Positions 28,025 to 42,200 of a stretch of DNA of 64,000 nucleotides are shown one piece after another (within the stretch, counting starts at the first letter, position 1; the number at the start of each line of letters is the position of its first letter). This DNA comes from Octopus sinensis. Lineage: Eukaryota. The DNA lies in the NCBI RefSeq assembly GCF_006345805.1, contig NC_043009.1, forward strand, positions 57,660,001 through 57,724,000, in the 5' to 3' direction. The notes under the pieces were generated by a model. That model searched no databases. It was not told the origin of the DNA and worked only from the letters and a program-made list of their open reading frames with translations. A program made the translations under genes and the position numbers.

Positions 28025-28921
28025 ATACATATATATATTAGAAAGGGAACAGTTGCTGATTTACAGAATTCGGCAAGATCTATCATAAACAGCTGCAAAC
28101 GCCACTGATTTCTATTTTGAATGAAAAAACATAATAGGAAAAATATTGTGTTACTAAATAAGCCATAAATATGTATATCCTATATATTTTGATTATTAAT
28201 CCGCCATAATTTCTAAAACTGTCTGACGAGAAGGTCACAATCGTATACACACACACGTACACATACACACTCACACATACACACGGGCACACACACAATT
28301 TCACACACACAAGCGCATATACATAATCACACACATATACATACGTATATGTACATACATATAAATATATACGTATATATATATGGGTGCGTGTGTATAT
28401 ATATATATGCAGATATATGCCTACACACATATATACATGTACACATATATATACATATACTATTTAAACATACATACATAAATCCATATACATATATATA
28501 TACCTATATGTATGTATATACATACATATATATAAATATATATATATATACTTAAACTATTTAAACATACATATATACATCCATATACATAAATATTTAT
28601 CTATATGTATATACATATATATAAATATATATATATATGCATATATATATATATATATATATATACACGAAATATTTGTGTATTTGACCTTACGGCGAAA
28701 CTAAACCGCTTCAAACTTCTTGCCTAATGTTGGAGTTCAGAATCACGTTGATGTCCAAAAATAAATAACGTATTTATACAGGTCAAAATAAAAGCAACAA
28801 AAGAACAATACCAAACCAAAATAGAATTGAAAGAACAGAAAGAAGAATATTAAAAAAAAAAGTGTTTGAGAGAAACTTAGAGACGAAAAGGAAAAACAAA
28901 TCAATAAGACGTGTAGATTAT

Positions 28922-29330
28922 CGCTTTTACGCTTTTACGCTTTTACTTGTTTCAGTCATTTGACTGCGGCCATGCTGGTGCACCGCCTTTAATCGAGCAA
29001 TTCGATCCCGGGACTTATTCTTTTGTAAGCCCAGTACTTATTCTATCGGTCTCTTTTGTCGAACTGCTAAGTAACGGGGACATAAACACACCAGCATCGG
29101 TATTCAAGCAATGCTAGGGGGACAAACACAGACACACATACACTCATATGTATATACATATATACGACGGGCTTCTTTCAGTTTCCGTCTACCAAATCCA
29201 ATCAGAGGGCTTTGGTCGGCCCGAGGCTATAGTAGAAGACACTTGCGCCCAAGGTGTCACGCAGTGGGACTGAACCCGGAACCATGTGGTTGGTAAACAA
29301 GCTACTTACCACACAGCCACACCAGCGCCT
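28922..29330 (-). mobile_element. Family B (CORE-type) SINE; further copies or fragments at 10040-10170, 10725-10876, 26990-27180, 32333-32695 (+), 38935-39372, 39640-39800, 45268-45668, 53630-53830, 58985-59095 and 62240-62290
   Basis: Shared head, CORE-like block and CGGTGCTCCAGCATGGCCGCAGTCAAATGACTGAAACAAG tail. Confidence 0.85.
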
Positions 29331-29539
29331 ATGAAGATGATAAATATATAATTTTTGAAGACGAAATCGGTCAGATAAAAAAGCAAGAAGGAGAATGAAA
29401 AAAACTGACAACCTGGCTAAATAAATTTCATTTAACAACTGAGAGAAAAATCGAAAAAATAATTAAAAGATATATAGTGAAGAATTAAAATTTAGGTGGT
29501 ACCAAGCAAAAATGTACCTAGCTAGGTCAGTATGTGTTT

Positions 29540-29989
29540 ATAACATGATATCGGATCTTTTAACTTTGACCGGCAGATTTTTAAAATAATTTCTATGTAA
29601 CTAAAAAATGTTAAACTTCGTATACTGGTAGAATGTGTTTATAAAACATCTTTTCCTCTTGGCTTTCTTGAGAAAATTCTGTAGTTTGTAGCATATTTGT
29701 TGTTTAGTTTCTTGCATTTCGGCAATTTCAACCAATTCAACGCCTCCAGAAAATGTTACGGCAGAAATTGTTTTCATCACAATAGACGTCATTGATTGGT
29801 TGAAATTGGCGAAATGCAAGAAATTAAACAACAAGTATGTTACAAACTACAGAATTTTCTCAAGAAAGCCAAGAGTAAAAGATGTTTTATAAACACAATC
29901 TACCAGTATACGAAGTTTAAATGTTTTTAGTCACATAGAAATTATTTTAAAATCTGCGGGCAAAGTGAAAAGATCCCATGATATCTTTA
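29540..29989. mobile_element. Palindromic MITE with arms of about 195 bp
   Basis: 29540-29736 is the reverse complement of 29795-29989 with scattered mismatches; superfamily not assigned. Confidence 0.85.
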
Positions 29990-30687
29990 TACCCGTTGTT
30001 ATTTTAATCATTCGTAAAGAAGACAAAAACTTTTGACACACGATACACGACACTCACAGCACAAACAACGGTTTACATAACAATATTGGTTTATTAGTAA
30101 AATTATATGAAGCATATATTCACTTCATCAGTTTTACTGTATCAATTATCATGCCGTTGAATTTAATCAATGATCAGTAATATTAGCATATAGCAATCGT
30201 TTATCAAAATTCATCGTAGAAAATACCTATAAAAGCAAGGTATAAATATGTAAAAGAACGTATTCATTATTACAGCTATAACTTCACGTATGAACATATC
30301 TATTTAACAAATCAGTAGTTGCTATTATGCAGATATCGTAAGTCATTTAAATTCTTCGAAGGAAGATTGATAATACGTAATAAAAAGGAATATAAATATG
30401 TCTAACAACCAAACTATATCAATATATTCGACAGATATTTATAGTCAATTTACTCGGAAGCTGAGAAGTATTGATAGTGTAAGAATATATATATATATAA
30501 ATATATGCATACATGCATACGTACGTACATACATATACATATATATGATGATGATGATGATTTTCAAGTTATATTTTCCACCTTCTCACATTATTCCATA
30601 ATAGATCCAAACTATTAATGTATATAAGACGCGAATCTCTTAAGGCGTCTATACATGGAAGACAAATAAATCTATTGAAGTAATTAT

Positions 30688-30764
<77 letters not shown>

Positions 30765-31306
30765 CAACATACATATATACAATAAACATAATATGTCATG
30801 ATATATATATATATATATATAATATATATACATACATACATACTTTTTTTATTCAATTATTTACATTAGAAAAATTCTCTATCTGTCAAGTAATGAACCA
30901 CTATGCTGTGAATGATTGCTCGTTAAGAAAATTAGATAATATTTTGGTTTGCTTATCTACAGAATATAGAAATTTAAAGTCATACAACAATATTCGTAAT
31001 ATAGTTTTAATCAGTTAACAAGCAGTGTTCTTGTCTTTATATTAATTAAATATATTCATTTACATTAACGTCCTAGGATCAAAAGAAAGTAATTATATCC
31101 GGGGGTATTCAGTGCAGGATTTAGACGCTTCTAGGTTATTTTCAAAACTATATTAATTAATAGTGAGTCTTATCTTAAGTAGATTTAAATATTACTGTCG
31201 ATAAAAATAGACTAATTTTAAAATTATTAGAGGTACGAAATATGATGAACACAGTCTATGTTATTCGTTATGTTTGTGAACATAATCAACTGTGTGATAG
31301 TTAAGT

Positions 31307-31947
31307 TAGTGAATGAGAGACGAATGAAATTTACACAGGTAAAGGTAAGATGAAAGAAATTTGCATAGGTAAGGTAGTGAATGAAAGGTGAATGAATTTG
31401 CACAGGTAAAGGTAAGATGAAAGAAATTTACACAGGTAAGGTAGTGAATGAAAGATGAATGAAATTTACACAGGTAAAGGTAAAATGAAAGAAATTTACA
31501 CAGGTAAGGTAGTGAATGAAAGATGAATGTAATTTACACAGGTATAGGTAAAAATGAAAAAAATTACACAGGTAAAGTAGTGAATGAAAGGTGAATGAAT
31601 TTGCACAGCTAAAGGTAAGATGAAAGTAATTTACACAGGTAAGGTAGTGAATGAAAGATGAATGAAATTTACACAGCTAAAGGTAAGATGAAAGAAATTT
31701 ACACAGGTAAGGTAGTGAATGAAAGATGAATGAAATTTATATAGATAAAGGTAAGATGAAAGTAATTTACACAGGTAAGGTAGTGAATGAAAGATGAATG
31801 AAATTTACGCAGGTAAAGGTAAGATGAAAGAAATTTACACAGGTAAAGTAGTGAATGAAAGGTGAATGAATTTGCACAGGTAAAGGTAAGATGAAAGAAA
31901 TTTACACTGGTAGGGTAGTGAATGAAAGATGAATGAAATTTACACAG
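31307..31947. repeat. 68-bp minisatellite (dimer of about 34-bp subunits), about 9.4 copies
   Basis: TAGTGAATGAAAGATGAATGAAATTTACACAGGTAAAGGTAAGATGAAAGAAATTTACACAGGTAAGG. Confidence 0.95.
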
Positions 31948-32039
31948 AAGCACTTTCAAATTTAGCGATGCGTGAATGTCTATGAAAAGTTCTGAGTCTG
32001 GTCATTTAGCAGATGACCAACTCCACTTACTTCTGAAAA

Positions 32040-32260
32040 GGACCTAACGAGTACAGTCACAAATACAAGTGGCCGAAAGAGGGCTCCTCCGATGGATCTC
32101 TGGAACAATGTTACTCGACAGGGTGCGTAGCTCGGAAATTAGGAGGTCTTTGCAGGTGAATCTGTTGCTTCTCCGCATTGACAGGTTACAGTTCCAGTAC
32201 TAAAAATATTTGGTTATGATGCCGCAGGAAAGGATCGTAAGACAGTTTCTTCAAGCCGAC
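32040..32260 (+). pseudogene. RTE (Expander-like) LINE fragment
   Basis: SQIQVAERGLLRWISGTMLLDRVRSSEIRRSLQVNLLLLRIDRLQFQY*KYLVMMPQER. Confidence 0.75.
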
Positions 32261-34565
32261 CAAACCGCCTGGAATTCTAGGGATTGACTACGAGGAAGTT
32301 ACTTAGATAATAATCATAGTCGCTTAGTCATAGACGCAAGCGTGGCTGTGTGGTAAGAAGCTTGCTTACCAACCACATAGTTCCAGGTTCAGTCCCACTG
32401 CGTGGCACCTTGGGCAAGTGTCTTCTACTATAGCCTCGGGTCGACCAAAGCTTTGTGAGTGGATTTGGTAGACGGAAACTGAAAGAAGCTCGTCGTATAT
32501 GTGTGTGTGTCTCCCCACCATCGCTTGACAACCGATGCTGGTGTATTTACATCCCCGTAACTTAGCGGTTCGGCAAAACAGACCGATAGAATAAGTACTA
32601 GGCTTACAAAGAATAAGTCCTGGGGTCGAATTGTTTAACTAAAGGCGGTGCTCCAGCATGGCCGCAGTCAAATGACTGAAGCAAGTAAAAGAATAGTCGC
32701 ACTTGGCCACGGTTGGGAATTCGGCAGGAAAATTTTATGAGAGTTGTTTCTGAAAGGAATCTATGGAGGAGGTGGCTGAGGACTCTTCTTCCTCGACTCT
32801 TCCAGGAATAATAGGCAACGAAAATGAAATGGAATATATATTAAAGACAAAGTAACAAAATACAATGTATATGAGTTAAAAATATATAAGAAATTAAGGC
32901 CAAACAAGATATGTGAAAAGGTCGATTAATTAAGTAATATATAATTTAGATACAAATAGCAATAAGTTAAAACCATTATGAAAATCAGAATATAAATAAG
33001 TTAGTACAATTACTATATAAAGTAGACGCGACATATAGGTAAGATATGGTAAGACAAACAGAAGAAAATATATACAAATATATACATTCAATTACTTACA
33101 TTTACAGCGATGTATTTGAATATACTTAGATAACCATCTACACAAATTTAAACAGGTTATAACAATTCTTATTATATAAAGTTGTTTACCGATAATATAA
33201 TTTAAATAAAGTTCAATTTGCATATAGTAATGTAATGTAAAGTTAAATTCACAAGTTAGTAGTTACAGAGAGGAAACAGTGAAATTAAATATATAATCTT
33301 AAATTAATATTACTTTATCGCTACACAAATGGAACTTATGTACAAGTAATGTACATTGACGCAAATACAGCACACGCATCCGTAATATTAATTTGTATTT
33401 GCGTATGCGTATGTGTGTGCATGTTGTTTAAACACAAGCCAATGGAATATCTTTGTAATGTAAAATTATTGCGTAGAAGTATTTATTGAATTCACAGGAG
33501 GATTCATCGAACCAAAAATAATGCTAGTTATTTGTATAGATATTAAGTAGCTTGGTTGTACGGGTATGTTTTTAAAATTCTTATTATACGATTTTTCCTT
33601 GGCAAACAGAATTTTGAGTGTTTCAACGATACACATTTCACATGACTTGTCATTTCTTATATATGTATATGTTAGTTTTCAATATATTCCATTTCAGTTC
33701 AAATGGTGTATTGTTGTTCGTAAGTTTCCATATTTATCCAGACAATGATGTGGTGCTTCTTCTTTAAGGGGTTTCTGAAGGATTAGGTATAAGAAGCGAA
33801 TCGTGACATTAGCATGAAAACCAAACATACATACATGAATACATACATACCTAAATACATGTGTACATACATATAAACATAAGCACATTATATGGAAGCA
33901 TTAAAAGTTTTTACTGAATATTTAAATCTTCGGATAGGCAACTGAAATCCGATGGACACATATTTGGACTGCGCAATTACAATTTCGAGATGCATTTTTT
34001 TCTACTGAGATATAATTTAACCATGTTAGATGGATCGATATTTTCTGTTACATTAGGAGGTTCAACAATATAGTTTAACAATATTTATATTTAAAACATC
34101 TGCTGGACATTTCTAATGAATATTTTTGCCAAAGGGTTGACCACTTCCATTTTATGAGAAGGAGTGTACGTTTAGATTTGTTTTTGTTGAATTCTATCTT
34201 TCCTAATTCCATCAAAATTTTGCATACACTAAAAGTGTTCTGTGAGCACCTTTCTTGTTGAAGCCGCACGATATCATACGATGCAGATTATCCTTAAAAA
34301 GATTATGATGGCTGCAGCTGTTATTTGTTTAATAATCGTAGGCATCAGTAAGAATAATGGCGAATGGGTCATAAAATAGCGTAGTTGTTGATGTTGCTGT
34401 TGTTCTTGCTGTTTAATGGGATCGCTCATCTGAGATGGATGGTTAGAACTCTGTAGACAGTTGTACGTATTACTCGTACATAGATATTGCATTTAAAGGC
34501 ACTTAAGAGTGGGTTGGCTGAGAGTTACAAAGCAATTACAATGAACGTTAGAGCGAAGATATATG

Positions 34566-34604
<39 letters not shown>

Positions 34605-34623
34605 ATATATAAATGTGTATGTG

Positions 34624-34656
<33 letters not shown>

Positions 34657-34679
34657 TTAAATGTGTGTGTGTATGTATG

Positions 34680-34730
<51 letters not shown>

Positions 34731-35599
34731 AATTATATGTAAGTATATATATAACCACCTTTGTGGATTTCTGAACATTTTGCTGTCAATACTTAATCCC
34801 AGAATAATCCTGAATGAGAAGAGTTTTTCAGCAAAATTATCCAGCCGTGATCATTCCAAATTTATCTGTGTATACGGAAACTAAAATCACATTATCCAAC
34901 GTGATCTTTTTAGTTGAAAGCTAGGTTGCGATTTGAGGAAGTTCCAGCTATTGTTTCTAGCCTATCAAATGATCACGATGATACAGGGTCTATTTACGTT
35001 ATCTGAAAGCTCATGAAGTGGTTATCATAAAGATACTGGAGCATGTGGCTAGAATATTTAACATCTGAATAACTCATGCACTTTTGTCAAATGTTGCTAT
35101 TGCTAACTGTAATCAAAAACAATCCAGCCATGACCACGCAATTTTTTCCAGACATTTTGTAAGCTAGACTGCATTAACTAATGTGTCATCCTTTTAAGAC
35201 AGAAGGGTGAGATTTTTAAAGAAGTTTGGTTGTTTCTAGCAGATCAACCATCCCCAGAGAGGCTCACACAGTGGCACGTTTTGATAGCTATTGTAGTAGT
35301 TGTTTAGCTTCTGGTGAATCGAAATCATAATCAAATACATTCCAATTGTGGCTATCAAGCCAGTTGTTCAGACAGGACTATACTGGAGTAAAACGGCAGA
35401 TTTTGGTTTTAGGGTAATTTTTTAAAATTTTAATTTATTTATTTAGTTTCAGCTCACAAGCTGTGGCCATGCTGGGGCAGCTGCAATTTCTACAATTTTC
35501 TTACAGGATCATCGACCACATTGAAGATATAACTTCGACATGTGGTCTCTCCGGCCTGCATTAGGAGAAAGTTCAAATTTATATGAGATTCGAATATTC

Positions 35600-36180
35600 A
35601 TTCACTGCATCATGTTATTTCCAAGAAAGTGACTCTAATATTGCATTACTCTTTCATGCGGTCTCTAAGAAAATTATGAGACTAAAGAGTATCTCCCCAT
35701 TCGTGATGTCCCCATGAAGATTAGCCATGTGGCTCCAGTGTTTCTTAATTGCTTCATCATGCATCCAAGAAACCCACGTGACTCTAGACTCTGTATCAAT
35801 TTTTATGACCTTCATGAATATCTGATAGACAGAGTTCTTTAACGCATCACATTTCTACTTTGTTCTAGTGATCCCTGGTATTTCTTCAATGCACCATATT
35901 GTCTCCAAGATCACTGACTTAAGATTACCTTATTGTTTCATGTAGTCTCCAAGGGTCTCCTCGTCATTTTATGCTATCTCCTTAAATATTATTTGACCCT
36001 AGATTTCTTTCAGTGCTTCATGTATTTTCCAAGAAACTCAAGTTATCATAGACCCTCTCTTTGCTTCTCGTAGTTTCAAACTAGGTTGTGATTCCACAGT
36101 TTATTTCACTGTTTCATGTTGTCTCCAATGAATTTCTATAATTGTAGAGTCCCCTTACTGTTTCATTGGGTCTCAAGCTA
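35600..36180. repeat. Highly decayed tandem repeat
   Basis: A motif like ACTGTTTCATGTAGTCTCCAAG recurs about eight to nine times at irregular spacing. Confidence 0.5.
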
Positions 36181-37040
36181 CATTTTTGATGCTATTGATG
36201 TTGTTGCTCAGTTCCAACTCAGATCAGGTCAAGCAAAAAACTAGCATTTTCTCTTTCTCACACACGCTATAAAGAGGTCCAATACATCCTTCTTTTATCT
36301 AAGACTCTAAGATGTGATTTGAGACAGATTTGGTCGCTATATCTAAGAGGTTAAGCAACTACGTAGTTCCTCTGCTAGACTGGCTAACCTTCTATTCGTT
36401 CCAGCTGCTTAGTATCAGATCAGCCCTGATTTGTGTATGAAAGAAATTTCAGATGCGATCATCTCGACGTTTTAGAAGAATGTGTAACCATATCGACAAA
36501 ATATGATCATTCATTATTCCAATGATTTTTGGCTGCTGTTTCTAGGAGGCACGCCCTGTGTGCTGCAGATTTCCTCTGGTTGCTCTACTTTTATTGTAAT
36601 GATAGGAAAGTCTTATTGAATATCTATCGATGAATTTGAAAGGTTTTTTTCTTCTCATTTACGTGCAATTCAGTGCTTTTTTTGTAGAGTAGATTTGACT
36701 TTTGGGGAATATCGAATCTAGAAGATGGTGATGATGATTACGATTATCATGACGAAGATGATGTCGATAAGAATGACGATGAGAAATACGAATGCGATAA
36801 GGTTTATCGCGATTAATACAATGGCGGTGGTGCTGCTGGAGATGATGATGGCGATGGTGATGATGAGGATGATGGTGATGATAATGATGTTGATGATGAT
36901 GGTGATGATGAGGTCGACGACGACGTTATTGATATTGCAACATCTGATTTACCGAAAGGTGAATTGGCAGGAAGCCGTCCTTAGAATATACTTCTGAAGA
37001 GAGAGAGGGAGAGAAAGAGAGAGAGAGAGAAAGAAAGAGA

Positions 37041-37120
<80 letters not shown>

Positions 37121-37716
37121 GTAAAATAATGATAATTTCTAAACCACAATTTACAATCTCCCCCTAACACGCCACCACCGGCACCGCGCCACCAACACCA
37201 CCACCACCACCACCACCACCACCCCGAGATACAACATTATCGCAACAAGCAACGCCACCACTCGTAGCACAAACGTTGCCAACACCTTCCATACCAAGAC
37301 AATACCAACCCAGAGAGAAGTACAAACGTACACACATACATAAACACAAAAGCATATATACATGCGCACACACAAACACACAAACGCACACACACACATA
37401 GAGAAATAAACGCACGCATAGTTATACATTCATATAAACACACACATACTCCATCACATAATTGCGTTCGCCACAGAATAATGCATAGCAGAAAGGAATT
37501 TGTTGAACGACCCATAATCGTCTTTTCCCATAATTCTCACAAGAATGCCACGTTTTTTTTACAACGTTGCTTTCAGTGTTGTTGTTGTTGCTGTTAGTGC
37601 TCTTACCGCTGCTGTAGCTGTTATTCCATATATACCTATGCATATACATACATATATATATTACATATATATAAATATATACATATATATATATAAATAC
37701 ATATACACATATATAC

Positions 37717-37749
<33 letters not shown>

Positions 37750-37877
37750 ATATCACATATATAAATATAGACATACATATATATATATACATATACACAC
37801 ATATATATATGTATATATATATATATATTATATATATATAGATATATATTATATATATATATATATATAATATATAT

Positions 37878-37962
<85 letters not shown>

Positions 37963-38614
37963 CACACACACGCACGCACGCACTTCATACATATCAACGT
38001 TTTCCATGTACTTCTCATAGATATTTACGCTATTACTCGTGTTGTGGTTTGTTAGTTGAGTTTTGTTTTGTTAGTGTTGCTCCTTTTCAAAGCGAAGGAT
38101 GAATCTTGAATTCGTGCTTACCACCGCAAACACCACCACCACCACCACCACCACCACCACCACCACCACCACTAGCGTCATCACCATTAGTATTAGCATT
38201 ACCTGTTTTATTTGCTTACATTTATCTATCTGTAAATCCAGTGCTGAAAATAATTCGATTCGAAGATGTAAACTAGAGTATAAATTTTATTCTAAGCCGC
38301 CATTTACACAAATTGTGACGATTAGTTTCACGTTTTAGCGATGTTGAAGCAATGAACGAGTGAAATGAAATAATTTCAGATTAATATATAGGATAAATTC
38401 TGAAAAGTGCTGAATATTTAAAGTCACGAGTTTGTATTTACAGTTTTTCCTACTTACGAAATAGCTCTAGCGTACACACACACACACACACACGCACACA
38501 CACACACGCACACACACACACACTACCCTTACAAAAAGGTAGCAATATTCTCATGTATACACATATGTGTATGTTGGCGCGTGTGTGTATGTATAGTGTG
38601 TATGTAGTATATAT

Positions 38615-38666
<52 letters not shown>

Positions 38667-39839
38667 TAATAAACATTGAAAAACGTAATCAGTATTTTAG
38701 GCATTGTATATAACACACCTGTTTCGGAAAGTGGATTGTAATTATTACGTAAACCAGTCGTATATACTATATTATACCATTGACTTGTTCCTCGCTATTA
38801 TCGGTGAAAAAGACACCAAAATCTAAAGAAAAACTCAGTATGAAATAATATCCATACCTTAATATACTCCGTATAAAAATTATATGCCAAACTGTTGCCA
38901 TAACAGAATCTGGTGTGACAAAGTGTATGCATATCTCTTTTACTCTCTTTACTCTTTTACTTGTTTCAGTCAGTTGACTGCGGCCATGCTGAAGCACCGC
39001 CTTTAGTCGAGCAAATCGACCTCAGGACTTATTCTTTGTAAGTCTAGTACTTATTCTATCGGTCTTTTTTGCCGAACCTTAAGTTACGGGGACGTAAACA
39101 CACCAGCATCGGTTGTCAATCGATGATGGGGGGGAGGAGAAACACAGACTCACAAACATGTAAACACACATACACACACACACACACGTATATATATATA
39201 TATATATATACGACGGGCTTCTTTCAGTTTCCGTCTACCAAATCCACTCACAAGGCTTTATTCGGCCCAAGGCTATAGTAGAAGGCACTTGCCCAAGGTG
39301 CCTCGCAGTGGGACTGAGCCCGGAACCATGTGGTTGGTAAGCAAGCTACTTACCACAGAGCCACTCCTGCGTCTATATCTATTTATGTGACAACCATCGA
39401 AACATTCTAGCTTCAAGAACTTTACAACATCGCCGACGCACCTAGAATTTGGTATCAACTGTATTTCTTTTTCAAATGAAGCATAGTAACCATGCCTCTG
39501 TATTGTCATCTACTCTATCAATGCAGCTGTCATTTTTATTACCGTCTTCGAACATGATATGTGAATAGACGTAATGTTTACATCCATGGAAACATACATG
39601 GCTGGTTTAAAATATTAAGTATATAGCTAGGTGCAGTCATGCTTGTTTGGCAAAAAAAAATTGCTTCCCAACCAAATGGTTCTGCGTCCTGCTCCAATGC
39701 GTGGCTTCTTGGGCAATTGTCTTCTGCTATAACGTCGGGCCGACCAAAGCCTTGTGAGTGGAATTGGTAGACGGAAACTGAAAGAAGTCCGTCGTGTATA
39801 CATACATACATACATACATACATACATACATACAAATAT

Positions 39840-39901
<62 letters not shown>

Positions 39902-39957
39902 CATATTAAGTGCCAACGCACGAAACTCGGACCTTGAGTCTCTCTGCTACTTCTGCT

Positions 39958-39985
39958 AAATAATAATAATAATAATGATATGATG

Positions 39986-40018
<33 letters not shown>

Positions 40019-40182
40019 TAATGATAATAACAACAACAACAACAACATCGAAAAATACCTTGGGAATGAGAGCCCAGATTCGAAATTTCCCCCAAGACAC
40101 CGGATGAAGGCTGGAGGGTATATCAGCCGAAACGCTGTGTTAACAACAAAGAAGATGAAGACAAATGTAAATAATGTAAATA
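39958..40182 (+). mobile_element. Second copy of the (AAT)n-hammerhead tail element
   Basis: CATCGAAAAATACCTTGGGAATGAGAGCCCAGATTCGAAATTTCCCCCAAGACAC-CGGATGA-AGGCTG..CAGCC-GAAA-CGCT-GTGTT, ending AATGTAAATAATGTAAATA; matches the reverse complement of 4571-4720. Confidence 0.85.
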
Positions 40183-40539
40183 GTGTTCTCTGTTGTTTCG
40201 CAGGTTCTCTCTTTTGTCACGCGTTTAACTGTTGCTGTTTTCGTTCGATGCATTTCGTTTCCAGTGCTCAGAACCGACGGCGAATTTAGTGAGTGTTAGA
40301 ACATCAGTCAAAATGGTTTGTTTTATTTTTGTTCTGGATCTGGATTCCGAGTACATGAAGATGTCATCTTTGCCTCTCATCCCTCGGATCAATAAATAAA
40401 ATACTTGTCAAGGGCAGCGAACTGCTGAAATTGCGCAATCGTTGTGTGGGTGGTGGGAATGCTTGGTACTATTTCTTCCTTTGTCTTGTGTTCTTAACTG
40501 AAATCTCACTGCGGCCTTGCAAAGAGCATGCAGTACATG

Positions 40540-41035
40540 ACGATAATAATGATGAAGGGGATGAAGATGATGATGATGATGATGGCGATGATGATAGTGA
40601 TGATGATGATGACGATGATGATGATGATTGTGATGATGATTATGATGACGATTATGATGATGATGATGATGATGATGATGACGATGATGACGGTGATGAT
40701 GATGATGATGATGACGATTATGATTATGGTGACGATGATGATGAGGAGGAAGAGGAGGAGGAGGATGAGGAGTAGGGGAAGATTATGATAATAATGATGA
40801 TATTGAGGATGACGATGAAGAGGACGACGATGATGATGATGATGATGATAATGTTGACAAAGATGTTGAAGATGATGACAATGATGATGATGATGACGAT
40901 GATGAATGATGATGATGAAGACGAAGACGTAGACGACGAAGGCAGCGGCAACAACGACGATGTCGGCGACGATGATGATGATGACAATGATGATGATGAT
41001 AATGATGGCGACGAAGACGTAGACGACGATGACGG
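40540..41035. repeat. (GAT/GAC/GAG)n trinucleotide array; similar arrays at 11340-11415, 36720-36930, 46360-46480, 51890-52060, 53450-53620 and 61370-61860
   Basis: Direct inspection. Confidence 0.95.
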
Positions 41036-41323
41036 TTGGTCAGAAGCCAGAGACATGACGTTCCTCAATTTCCTGAAGTCCTATTTAAGTTGCAGTTTAT
41101 TGGTTAACCTCCCTTTGATGTATTTAAGCAGCAGCTGCAGCAGATAAATTTCTGGTCGAGACAATTTCTCATTCAGAATGAGTTCTGTCTCTGTTCTGGA
41201 CAGGAGAATGGACAGCAAAAGAATGTTTGCTATAAGTTTGGGTGTCCTGTGCTAACACCGAGATACATTGCGATCTACAAGTAGATAGAGGCCATTATCT
41301 TTATTGTAATTCTCACTGTATTT

Positions 41324-42200
41324 AAGGCGGCGAACTGACAGAAACGTTGGCAGGCCCGGCGAAATACTTAGCGGTATTTCGTCTGCCGTTACGTTCTGAG
41401 TTCAAATTCCGCCGAGGTCGACTTTGCCTTTCATCCTTTCGGGGTAGATTAATTAAGTATCAGTTACACACTGGGGTCGATGTAATCGACTTAATACCTA
41501 TGTCTGTCCTTGTTTGTCCCCTCTGTATTTAGCCCCTTGTGGGTAATAAAGAAATAGGTATTTCGTCTGTTTTTACGTTCTGAGTTCGGATTCCGTTAAG
41601 GTCGACTTTGCCTTTCATCCTTTGGGGGTCGATTAAATAAGTACCAGTTACGCACTGGGGTCGATATAATCGACTTAATCCGTTTGTCTGTCCTTGTTAG
41701 TCCCCTCTGTGTTTAGCCCCATGTGGGTAGTAAAGAAATAGGTATTTCATCTGTCTTTACGTTCTGAGTTCAAATTCCATCGAGGTCGACTTTATCTTTC
41801 ATCCTTTCAGGGGTGGATAAATTAAGTACCAGTTATGCACTGGGGTCAATGCAATCGACTTAATCCCTTTGTCTGTCCTTGTTCGTCCCTTCTATGTTTA
41901 GCTCTTTGTGGCAATAAAGAAATAAGAAACGTTGGCAAGCCGGGCGAAATCCTTAGCGGTATTTCGTCTGTCTACGTTCTGATTTCAGATTCCGCCGAGG
42001 TCGACTTGGCCTTTCATCATTTTGGGGTCGATTAAATAAGTACCAATTACACACTGACGTCCTTGTTTGTCCCCTCTGTGTGTAGCCCCTTGTGGGCAGT
42101 AAAGAAATAGGTATTTCGTCTGTCTTTAAGTTCTGAGTTCAGATTCCGTCGAGGTCGACTTTGCCTTTCATCCATTCGGGGGTCGATGAATTAAGTACTA
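41324..42200 (+). mobile_element. SINE family A multimers (two heads, about five body units)
   Basis: Units restart at GGTATTTCGTC after AAAGAAATA. Confidence 0.9.

Noticed and set aside
40431-41147. Poly-Asp/Glu and poly-Met ORFs resembling acidic biomineral proteins
   Set aside because: Pure (GAT)n-type array, open in several frames, like other trinucleotide tracts in the window; no splice or domain support.
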